64,000 nucleotides of DNA, taken from Prorocentrum cordatum. Taxonomy: Eukaryota. Positions 1 to 11,400 of the stretch are shown here, in pieces. The stretch's first letter is position 1, and every line of letters starts with the position of its first letter. The notes beneath the pieces were generated by a model. It saw only the letters and a program-made list of their open reading frames with translations, did not search any database and was not told where the DNA came from. Made by a program: the position numbers and the translations under genes. The stretch is taken from positions 1-64,000 of the forward strand of contig CAUYUJ010000209.1 in the NCBI GenBank assembly GCA_963575745.1. The letters are read 5' to 3'.

Positions 1-359
1 CGACTCCAGCGTCGGATCGGTCGAATCGAGGTGGCCCCGATACCCAGACATCCGACGCCGATGTTTTACACAGCACTGTTCTCCTGATGTCTAGACCTGT
101 TCTCAAGGACCAGCTTCTCATCCCGGCTCGCTTGTCGACTGTCCTGGGGGCCGGATGAAGGCGCCTGGGGGCCGAATACTGCCACAAACCTCCCGTAGCG
201 ACATCTTCGCCACGAGGAGATCTCGGGAGAGGGGAACGGAGTATCTTGGGATACGAGTTGTGGCTCGCGCACGCAAGTCGTAGTGAGGAACTTGTTTTCG
301 TCTGTCGACGTCTTCGAATGCTGCGAGCACCGTCGCTCAGAGTCTGGCAAACAAAAGAT

Positions 360-560
360 CTTCGGCGAGCGAGGAGGGGAAGTGAGAAGGGGTGGGCCTT
401 CTCAGAAGGCTCGGAAGTCCCCCCGCCTCATGAAAAAGTTGCCTTGGCCTTCCCCGAAGACGCAGGCAACTTCTCAGAAGGCGCGAGGGCTTCTGAGAAG
501 TCCCGACGCTTTCTGAGAAGGCCTTGTCCTCCTCACTTCCCCCCCTCGCTCGCCGCCGAG
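360..560. mobile_element. CTTCT(C/G)AGAAG-family MITE
   Basis: CGGCGAGCGAGGAGGGGAAGTGAG ... CTCACTTCCCCCCCTCGCTCGCCG inverted ends; same internal units. Confidence 0.75.
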
Positions 561-662
561 GAAAGACGTCCTGGGCGCCCTGCCGCACGCATGCAGCGTC
601 GGGACGGACGGACGGCCGGGCGCTCCCTGCGCGGCGCGGTCCCGCCAGGATCGGAGCAGTGG

Positions 663-1402
663 GGAGGAGGAGGAGAAGGAGGAGGAGGAGGAGGAGGAAG
701 AGGAGGCGGAAGGAGGAGGAGGAGGAGGAGGAGGAGGAGGAGGAGGACAGGAGGATGAGGGGGAGGAGGAGGAGGAGGAGGGAGGAGGAGGAGGAGGAGG
801 AGGAGGAGGAGGAGGAGGAGGAGGAGGAGAAGGAGGAGAAGGAGGAGGGAGTGAGGGGAGAAAGAGGCCGCAGCTCATCGGAGGGAGAAGGACGAAGTCC
901 TGACACGATGGCGCGCGCGAAAGTGTCAACGCAGAGCAGAATGAAGGAAGCCGCGTGCCCGTAGGCAGAATGAACAGGCACGAGCGTGCGACTAGGCGGA
1001 TACCTGGCGCACCTGCTGTCTCACCTCCTTCATCCTCCCCCTCTTCCCCCCTCTCCTTCTCCTCCTCCTCCTGCCTACTCCTCCTCCTCCTCCTCCCCTC
1101 CTCCTGCGCCTCCTCCTCCTCCTCCTCCTCCCTCTTCCCCTCCCCCTCCTCTCATCCCTCCTCCCTCCTCCTTCCTCCTCCTCCCCCTCCTACCCTACAT
1201 CCTCCTCCATCCTCCTCATCCTTCCCCTCTCCTCCTCTCACTCCTACTCCTCCTCCGCCTCCTCCTCCTCCCTCACCTCCCCCTCCTCCTCCTCATCCCT
1301 CTCCTCCTCCTCCTCCTCCTCATCCTCCTCATCCTCCTCCATTCTCCTCCTCCTAATCCCTCCTCCTCCTCCTCCTCCTCCTCCTCCTCCTCCTCCTCCT
1401 CC
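663..1402. repeat. (GGA)n then (CCT)n microsatellite tracts
   Basis: Direct reading; further GGA/CCT tracts at 2408-2570, 16404-16472, 27261-27325, 32450-33115, 37348-37412, 46683-47095, 48698-48783, 62304-62400. Confidence 0.95.
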
Positions 1403-2155
1403 TGCCCAAGTGTGAAGAGTTCCGCTCAGAATTGCGGCGAACTTGCACCGCACGCTGAGACAAGTCTGTTGCCCACGTCTGCTGGGGCCTGCCCCTCTTG
1501 CGGCGGCCGAGCGCCTGCGCCAGCTCGGAAGGTGAAGGCTGGAGAGGCCCGAAGAGCAGACACAAAGGCATAAACATTGTTTGTATCGGAAGTCCGCGCG
1601 GGCTTCTTGGATCGGCGCTGCTCCACCCTAGCGGCGCCTCCGGCGCCGCCCCCAGCGCGCTACGCGCGCCGAGGAAGGGGCTGCAACGCCCATCCCAGAA
1701 ATCCGCGTGCGGGCCTCCGTGGAAACATGTTCAGCAGCCGGACCTGGGCCAGAAGAGCACCCTCCGAGAGCACGAGACCCTCCGCCAGCCAAAGCGTCCC
1801 ACGCCCTGAAGATGATTCGAGGGTGCCCTCCCCCAGGAGGCACAAGAACAAGCCACAAGCACGGAGAACACTGGGGCACCCTCTCCGAACCAACCTCGAT
1901 CTCACACCTTGGTCCGACTGCATGCTGTGTTCGCTGCTCCTCAAGCTTGCCTTCGCGCGGTGCGCACGTCGGCCCGCGGATGCCGCAAGGGGGTGCAGGC
2001 CGCGGGATGGGACCCGCCGCGGCAAGCCTCTGCCGACGCCGGAGCTACGTGTCGATGCCGCATGGGGAAGAAGCCATCATCACGCCCACCTCATCCGCTC
2101 CTCCGCCTCCGCCTCCGCCTCCGCCTCCTCCTCCTCCTCCTCCTCCTCCTCCTCC

Positions 2156-2345
<190 letters not shown>

Positions 2346-2629
2346 CCACTACTCTTCGTCACCACCATCAGCATCACCGTCACCATCATCGCCATCGCTT
2401 GTATTTTCCTCCTCCTCCACCTTCTCCTCCTCCTCATGATCCTCCTCATCCTCCTCATCCTCTCATCCTCCTCCTCTTCATCCTCCTCCGCATCTTTCTC
2501 CTCCTCCTGCTCCTCCTGCTCCACGGTATCTTCCTCGTCGTCGTCTTCTCCCTCCTCATCTCCCCCCTCTCGACCATCCTTCTTTCGCCTGCACACTGAA
2601 CCCCAGCCAGGGGGAGCGTGATCATCGGC

Positions 2630-2680
2630 CTTGCCGCAACTCCGTGGCTTGCCCTCGGCGTCGGTGAAGATCTTGATGAA
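2630..2680 (-). CDS. Host-gene exon: FIKIFTDAEGKPRSCGK (RRM beta2 to RNP1)
   Basis: AAG|TTC acceptor, AAG|GC donor; ..D..GKPRxCG continues the RRM from the previous exon. Confidence 0.8.
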
Positions 2681-4241
2681 CTTGGCAAGATTGGTTCATT
2701 TCCAACGTCTGCAAGAGTTCGCAGAACCAAGAAAGGGATGCATGAGACGACGCGTGGATGAAGTACCAGCTGGACGAAGAGTGGATCGCAGGAGGAGGTC
2801 CAACGGACGGAAAATAGCATTTGCCCCGATATCTCTATCCTCCCTCGCCCCCCTCCTCGCTCCCCCCCCCGCTCTCCTTCTCATCATCCCTCCTCCTCAT
2901 CCTCATCTCCCCTCCCTCATTCCCTCATTCCTTCCCTTTCTCCCCCCCTCCTCCTCCGCCATCTCTTCTCATTAGCATTGGTATAATGATTATGACTCCT
3001 CGTCCTCCTCCTCCTCATCATCATCCTCCTCCTCCTCTTCCTCCTCCTCCTCCTCCCCCATATCATCAGCAGCATCATCATCATTAGCATCCTCCCCTCA
3101 GGTCTCTGAAGATCTCCGAAGTCCGTGGAAGTCTCTGGAGGCCTCGAGAGGCCCGAAGAGAATCCAAGCGTCAGAAAACCAAGATCCTCAATCCTCAATC
3201 CCCCCTTCCCGCTGCCCCCCCTTCCGTTCTGTACGGGACACCTCCCAGACCATCAACAACAACAGCACAAGGTTCGAAGACATGCGACAATATACGGGCA
3301 AAAAAAAATAGGGGGTCCCAAAACGGTGCGGTGACAGACCGTGCGGTGACCTCGAAATTCCCCAACTCGCCATCGCTCGGACGTCCATTTCCCGTGCATG
3401 TTTCGGCTCCGTGCGTGTTTGCTTTGCTCGATGGTCCAGGATGGTCCTCGATGGTCCTCGCCGAGGAAACAATGCACACGTCCGAGCGATGCCAAGCCAA
3501 AGGCCGAAGGCCTCACCGCACGGTCGCCGTCACCGCGCGAAGCTGGGACCCCATGGGGGCCCCATGCCCCCAGAGGGCGGCGCCCGAGTCCCAGAAAACC
3601 GTGCTGGCGCTCCAGGTCCCCGCTGCCTCCCCGGAACTCTGGCGCCGCGATGGTCGGCGGTGGACAAACCTCCCTTTATTGAGCAGGGACCGACCGTCCC
3701 GGCATTCCTATAGTCATACCACGACATGTTCTTAGAACCCCAAAAATGTTCTACAAACAAAAACAATGTGCTTAGAACATAAGCCCGATGTGTTCAATCA
3801 AGACAGTCCCAGCCAGAAATGTTCTGAGAACATTCCGTGGCAACCGCAAAAGGTTCTTAGAACATTGTTTGGTAGGGCTGCAGGCGAGCCAGGACGCTTC
3901 GCCACTGCTTGACTTTAGTAAACCTCCCTTTCGTGAAACCGACCTGGGACCGAAACCGACGGACCTGGGCCCGCAACAAAAAAACGGCCGCGGCGCCCTC
4001 TCGAAGACCGAAGACGGACAATTCACCAATCGACGTGTCAGGGTAGGCGGTCTGTCCACCCCCGAGATTGCGTCACAAACGTGGACCCCCAGAGACCTAT
4101 CCGGACCCCCTGCGTGCGGCGTCGCCCGTGCCGCCGGGCCCCGCGAGGGCCCCCGGGAGGCAGGGAATGGCCACCCGCCTCCCGATGCGAGTTTCCTTCG
4201 CACTGCAAGGATGAAGGGGCCCTGGAACACACAAATACATT

Positions 4242-4273
<32 letters not shown>

Positions 4274-5455
4274 TATATATATATATATATAAGAAAAATA
4301 CACACAAATCACAGGACTCCCCATACTTTCAAATATTTCCTGGGTTTCCGCCTTCCCCCAAAAAAATCATACCTTTTCCCATATCTTCTGGGGGATCGAC
4401 GATTACTTGTGTCTGTGTGTTTTCCCCCCTCCTGAAAGGAGGCGGGAGTCACCACGTGCAGTGCGGCCACAGCACCGCTGCAGCATCCCCACGCAGTGCG
4501 GCAGGCCGGCCCCGGCGAGGCCGCGCCCGAAATCTCCGGGGGGGGCGCCGATTAACGCCCCGGCGCAGCGCGGCTGCCTCGACGGCGGGGCAGGGCGCGC
4601 GGAGACGTGGCGCGCGCGTGCCCCCGTGCGCGCTACCCCGTAAGTCGGGCGTGTCCCCCTGCAGGGGGATCATCGACGGAAAAAAAAAGAACTCCAAAAA
4701 TACACCAAAAAGATCAAAAGTACGCAAAAAATAATACCCAGACTATTTTGGGACTATGTTTGCACTATTTTGGGGGTATTTTTTATTTGTCGTCGAAAAC
4801 CCCCCAGTAGGGGGACAGGCCCGACTTGACCCTACCCTCGAGGGTCAATGGGGCAGCCAGGCGTTTTTGACCCTTGCCTCCAGAGGCCTCTGGGGACCTC
4901 CGGGGTCTCCCAGCGTCGGGGCCCGAGATGGCACCAGACCTTACCAGCGTCACCCTGGTCCACACCCCCACGCCTTAGCATCCCGATCCGACTCGGCCGC
5001 CTCCTCCTCCTCCACTTCCTCCTCCTCCTCAACCTCCTCCTCCTCCTTGTCCCTCTCCTGCCCTCGTCCTCGTCCTCGTCATCCTCCGCTTCCTCCTCGT
5101 TATCATACTCGCTTCAAAGTCCCCAACTTCTCCTCATGGCTCTAAACTGATCCCTCTTCTGCATACACATATACCTTCTCCTCGTCCAACTCCTCCGCAG
5201 TATTCCTCTCCTCCTCCTCGTCGTACCCATCCTCCGCCTCATAACTCTCTCTCTCTCTCTCTCTCGATATTATCTCTCTGACTCTTGCTGTGTGAACAAT
5301 TACAGAAGGAGAGAGAGAGAGAGGAAGATGAGGAGAGATCGCTCTCTCTCTCTCTCTCTATCGATCGCGCTCTCTCTCTCTCTCTCTCTCTTTATCTCTC
5401 GTTATGTGTTGTTTATTATCTCTCCCTTTCTCTCTCCTTCTCTTTTGTTTGGTTA

Positions 5456-5496
<41 letters not shown>

Positions 5497-8400
5497 TCAA
5501 CTCTCTCTCTCTCTCTCCTCTCTCTCTCCTCTCTCTGTCTCTCTCTCTCTCTCTCTCCCTCTCTCCTTCTATATATATACAAATATGTGTCCAAGATTGG
5601 CTCAGGAATACTTGTACCCTGGGCGAGCCGTGACAAGTACGCCCCCGCAACCGCTGCCGCCTGGGAAGGCCAGGGCCGCGCCGCACAGCGCGGCACCGAC
5701 AGAGTGTCCCAGTTCGCCCCCCTTCAGTGTACGCGCGCGCGCCATGGCTCCGAAAGGCCCTCGATGCGGGCCTCCTGCACCAAGGCAGCCCTGGCCAACA
5801 GGCCAGGGCCGTCAAAAGACTCCCTTCCCCGATAGCAGCCTGGCTGGAAAGGAAGTCTGCGTCGCTGCACTCCAGGTGCAGGGGCGGCGGCGACGGAGCA
5901 GTCGCTGCATACAACGATCTCGCTCACAAGCACCAGACTGACCTCGATACCGTCTAGCATTTACCAGCAACACCTGTCCGACCAGCGAAAGCTCAGGGGC
6001 GAGTTAATAAGACTGCGCGGGAAGAACACAACCAGCTGCACCATGCTGCATCACCCCCTCAAATAAAACAAAACCACGGACTATGACACCGCACCAGCCG
6101 GTGCCACGGTCGAAGCCGAAGCTTACCAAGGAAAGACGACAAGGCCCCTCCCAGCAGCCGTGATGCGCAAGACTGGGACGTCCCAGTTCCCGCAGCACCT
6201 GAGAGGGACGGTGAGGGAATGTCGAGCTTACGGAGCTGAGGTCTATCGGGAGAGAAAACAAAAAAACAAGTTGTTCCTTCTTACCCAGCTTCCTGGGAGA
6301 AAGAGAACCCCCAGTATGATCCTCCCCGCCGGTGAAGGAACGGCGAGGTCTAAATTACACCTGTATCATCTCACTGCACACGCCAGAGGAAGGCGACCGC
6401 CGTCCCAACACATCCGCACTCGGGGAAAACCTCTAGCCCCCCGCAGCTCTGGTGCCCATCTTCACGGACTGCCCCAGCAGAGAAATACGGATCACAGTGC
6501 TGCAGCGCACGGTGGAGGCTGCCAAGCCCACGCTCGGAAAACCCAAAGCACCATATACCAACTCGGACGTGCGGAGGTCAAGTGCCTCCAGGCCAATGAA
6601 AGTCTCCCCGGTCGGTAACGTCGTCTGGATCCGCGCGGCCATTTGTGAAGCGGATGCCATCGCTGCCACAGCTGCACTCGAGGAAATATTCACAACCCTA
6701 TTCTCCGGCTCCGCACCAGTCAACGACAACCACCATCGAAGCGGACGAGGCACGACACAGCAAACGGCAGCAGAGCGCCACACAGCAGCCAAGAATCCAG
6801 ACGGGCGATGACCTCACCGATGCCTTCACGGCCGCGTCTGCGTCCCACTTCCGCACCGCACACATCCAGGAAGGAAACGGAGCTCCTAGGACGTCGTGGC
6901 AAGGCCGTCGGGAAAAGCAGGCTAAAGGCTACCTTCGGCATCAAGCCAGCCGACGTCACATTGACTCTAGCTTGTGGATGCCACGACGCTGGACACCCTA
7001 AAAGTCCTATCATTGAATTAAACATGTGTTTATCATGTCGGAAATGTGTAACACATGGTTGAAACATGTTTTTACATATTTAAAACCTGTTCAACACATG
7101 TTTAGACGTCTGGAAATCATTTGGCAACATGCTTCCTCTCCATTGATCGTCCTCCACAACTCGAGCTGCCTCGGGCCTAGGAGGCTTCCAATTCGACAGC
7201 TGTTACCACAGCTCCGAAGGGCCAGTGATAATACCATCGTATTGTCACCAGACCATGCTCCGAGAAGCCCACCAGACCTCCGCTAAGCACAACCCCTTCG
7301 GAGCGGCAAGGATGGACAATGGAATTGGCATCAGGGCTTAAGTCGGACACCCAGACGGCAACACAAGTGTCCCTCGAACTACGCGGCATCGACCCAACAC
7401 TGGCCAACACCGAGTACCACATCACAGGGATTGAACCTCAGAGTGCTGAGAGAGGTTGTGAATGACGTGACCTGACTCTGGGTTGAACGCCACGAAGATC
7501 CGCTCAGTGGTGAACACGCTGAGGATCAGGTTCAACATTCTCCTGAACAAGAAGTAGACCAAGGCGAATAGCCGCCACTTGCATGCCGGCCCTCATCTTC
7601 AACGAAGGCGCCGCTGCTCGAGTAATCCACCCGCTCTTTGACGTAACACGCGGTTGGGCTTGCCAAGAATCATTTGGGAGTCGAAACTCTGCTCGGAGTC
7701 GATCACGAGCTTCTGAAAACTGCGGGCACTCCTGCCACAAATGTCGCACGGAAAGCAGCGGGTGGTCGCGGAAGCGGCAGCGGCGGCTACACTCGGACCG
7801 ACTCGAAGTCCTGGTCCTCGACTGGGTCGCCCCGCTCATGAAGACACTCAGGTACTGGAGGTCGTCCTGCGACAGCACGGCCACGAACTCGCGCCACGTC
7901 AGAATACTGAGCACCTCCACGTCCACAACCTCAACTCCTTCCCTATCGTTTCGCGAGTGCGGGACGCCTTGGAGGCACCGCACTCTCGCAACGACCCCGA
8001 CGGCATGCTGCGCCTTGCTGCTAGCCGTCCAGAGCGTAGAACCGCGACCTCGGCAGGCTGCCGTCGCGCGCACGATCCTCGGGTCGTCGTCGAAGTCGAC
8101 CCCCAGCTTGATCCCCCACTCGGGGTAGTGGCCCAGGAACTCCAGGCCCAGCTCCTCGAAGTAGCTGGCCAAGGCGCGCTCAAAGTGCTTGCTGGGCAGC
8201 AGCTTCACCAAGCGGATCGCCTTCATCGCCTGAAGTGCGGGCCCAAACCGTGGATGCAGTTGGACTCTGCGGCACCACCAGCGGCTCGAACACCACCAGG
8301 TACAGCGCGTGCGAATGACCGCACGGAAAACAAGCCCCACGACTATCTTGGGCGGCAAATCTAAAAACGGCACCGCCCACATCCACAACGGGCGGAGGCA

Positions 8401-11400
8401 AGCTGCACACAGGCGCTCTCGGACACTAGCCGCGCCAGGAAAACTCTGAAGTACACCAATGCGGCTAGTAGCTTCTCCCAGCCTCCACGCGGCCGGATCG
8501 GGACACGACTCACTAAGGTGCTCACATCCGTCAAGTGGCCTGTGTGCTGCTCCTGGTGCAGCACACAGGGGCTGGGACAAAGCCACCAAGGATGACTTCG
8601 TCATAATCAAAGAGGCAACCCCTCCAGCAAACTCTACGATCCCCCTCCATGGGTAGACCATCCCATGGACCATCGTCTGGCTGGAGACGGAATCCCCAGC
8701 CAAGGCGGACCAATCGAAAGGACCCGTTGCCACGAGCGTCTCACCAGAGACCATCGTGACGGAGAAACCTGTGGTGGGATCACCCTCACCCACGGGAGGG
8801 ACAGGGACCAACCCCTCCCCGTCCCCGCAAGACAGGGCGGTCGCCAAACCTTACCTGCAAGCGCTGCTCAAACCGCAAGCAAGCCCAAAAGCGCCGCCGC
8901 CCCGAGCACCCCGCCACCAAGACGTAAGCAGAAGCAGCGCAGCACGAGCGTGCCGGGTCCTTGCAAACGATACAGCAGCATCAAGAAGGAAACCACTACA
9001 TACACCGACGACAGCCACCTTGCCATAAAGGAAGCAGCCGGCTGCGACATGGAAGGCGGACCCAACGGAATTGAAGGCACCGGCACCCCGCCCATGTCCT
9101 CCAACGAGCAGCGCGCGGCAACGGGTCAAGATGACATGTCCGACGAGGAGTGGCTCTTTCAACCAGGCGCACGAAACATCTCCGATCAAGTTGGCGCGAG
9201 GATCAGAGGGCTCGAAGCTGATCAGCAACAACTCGTCGCGACGGTTAAGCGCCTCGAAACGATCGTCACCAGTGTGACCACCAGCCGAGCCACCATCTGG
9301 AACAAGGGACCCACGCGGTTCAAACCGACCAGACCAGCCTGAACACAGACCTGAAGGCCTTCATGCGCCGCCAAATGGCGCCCCTCGTCACGATGGCACA
9401 AGCCCACGCGGCAGAAACAGCCCAAATCCCGAACTTGGCGCCACACCCCACGGGCTCATCCAGCGAGACCAGGTCCCAGGGACCCACCAGGCAACCGGGA
9501 CTCAGGAGGGAACGCGCACGCACCCGATCAGGGAGGCACTGGGCGGCCCATGCTATCACCCCCGCCGGCACCATATTGAAGGGGCCTCGATGGGCCCCCC
9601 TCATCCCACCGAGGTAAAACGCACAGTGGGATTTCCAATCTGCAAAGGCACCTGAAGGTGCGGGGGCACAGGGTCTGCTATAGCTTGGGCTTTGCTGTAG
9701 GCATCTTGTCTCTAGTTGCCATCGCCGTCCAGAGGTTGACTGCGATTCTAGCTTTCAGCTTCCCTTACCTGTCTCACGGCCTCCGTCCGCAGAATTGGGC
9801 TCAACGACGCTTGCCTAGGCCGCCGCGCACCAGCGCCCGCCAGCTTGGGCTTGGCCTCCTCATGTGTTTAGCGCCCATGGGAGCTTTCGCGCACGTCCTC
9901 CGTATGCTCGTCGGCGCCCCGTAAACGACTCAGAGCTAGGGACACCAGACCTGGCGCGCTGGCTCGAGGATTATGCACTTCCGGCATGGCTGCTAACTCC
10001 TAGGCCCCTCATCCCACGCGCACCCGCTCGAGGATCGTGGGCTTCCCACATTCCCAGGCACTGCTCTCAAGCGCTCTAGGGCCTCCCAAGCCACGATCCC
10101 TCTGTAAAAACGATGGGTATGCCGAGCTTCCAAGGCGGCCCGTGAAGGTTTCCAAGGACAGCAAGATAGCCCAAGATTCCTTGAAAATGGCACAAGATGG
10201 CCACAAGGCGGCCGAATAGGGGTTCAAGACGGCCCAACATGCCTGCAAGATGGCACACATGGGCTACAAGAGGACCTCCAACAGTGTCCGAAGAAGCCCA
10301 AATCATTGATTTTTCTTGGGTGTTTGAATGGTTCTCGCATTCTAACCTTCGGGCTGCCGTCAGCTCAAGATGGCCCAAGAGAACTCTACGATTGCCCGAG
10401 AGGCATCCACGACGGCCTCAAGACTGCCAAAGAGGGCCTCCAGTGGGACCCAAGACGGCCTTAGAAGGCCCTTCGACGGTCGAAGACGGCGCCAAGGTGG
10501 CCCCACGACGGCCCTAAGACACCCACCATACGGCCAAGAGGGCCCCAAGACGACCCAAGAGAGCTCCACGTCGGCGTAAGAGGGCCCAAGGACGGCCCAA
10601 GAAAGCCGCAAGGGACACCCAAGGCTGCCTCACATGAGACCAAGAGAGCCATACGACGGCCCAACGGAGTTTCATCATCACCACCAGCAGCAGCATCATC
10701 ATCAGCAGCAGCAACATCATCGTCGTCATGATCATTGCATCACCAGCAGAAGCATCATCATCAGCAGCATGATGATCATCATCAGCATCATCATCAGCAT
10801 CATCAACATCATCATAAGCAGCATCACCTTCATAATCATCAACATCATCAGCATCAGCAGCATCACCGTCGTCATGATCCTCATCATTGACATCACCACC
10901 ATTCCCATCCTGATCATCATCCTGATCATCATCATCATCATCAGCATCATCATCATGTTTACCATCATCATCATCAGCATCAACATCCCCATCGTCGTCA
11001 TCATCATCAACACCCACATCAACCGCATTCGCAGCATCATCAATAGGATCATCATCAGCGTCGTCGTCATCATCTCCATCATCATCATCAGTCATGGGCA
11101 TCAGTAGCATCGTCGTCATGAGCATCGCCATCGCCATCGTCAGCATCGCCATCATCAGCATCGGCAGCATCAGCATCGTCATCATCAGCAGCATCATCAG
11201 ATTCATCATCACCGTCGTCGTCGTCGTCCAGATCATCGTCCTCATCCCCTCATCAGAATCCTGATCATCATCACCATCAGCAGCAACAGCAGCACCATCG
11301 CAAGAAGCAATGTCATAATCATCATCCTGATCAGCGGCATCGTCAACGCCATCGTCGTCGTCATCATCGTCACGATCATCATCATAATCCGCTGGCCTCC

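Noticed and set aside
2745..2800. Plus-strand peptide DDAWMKYQLDEEWIAGG as an exon of an antisense gene
   Set aside because: Isolated, with no partner exons found and no recognisable family.
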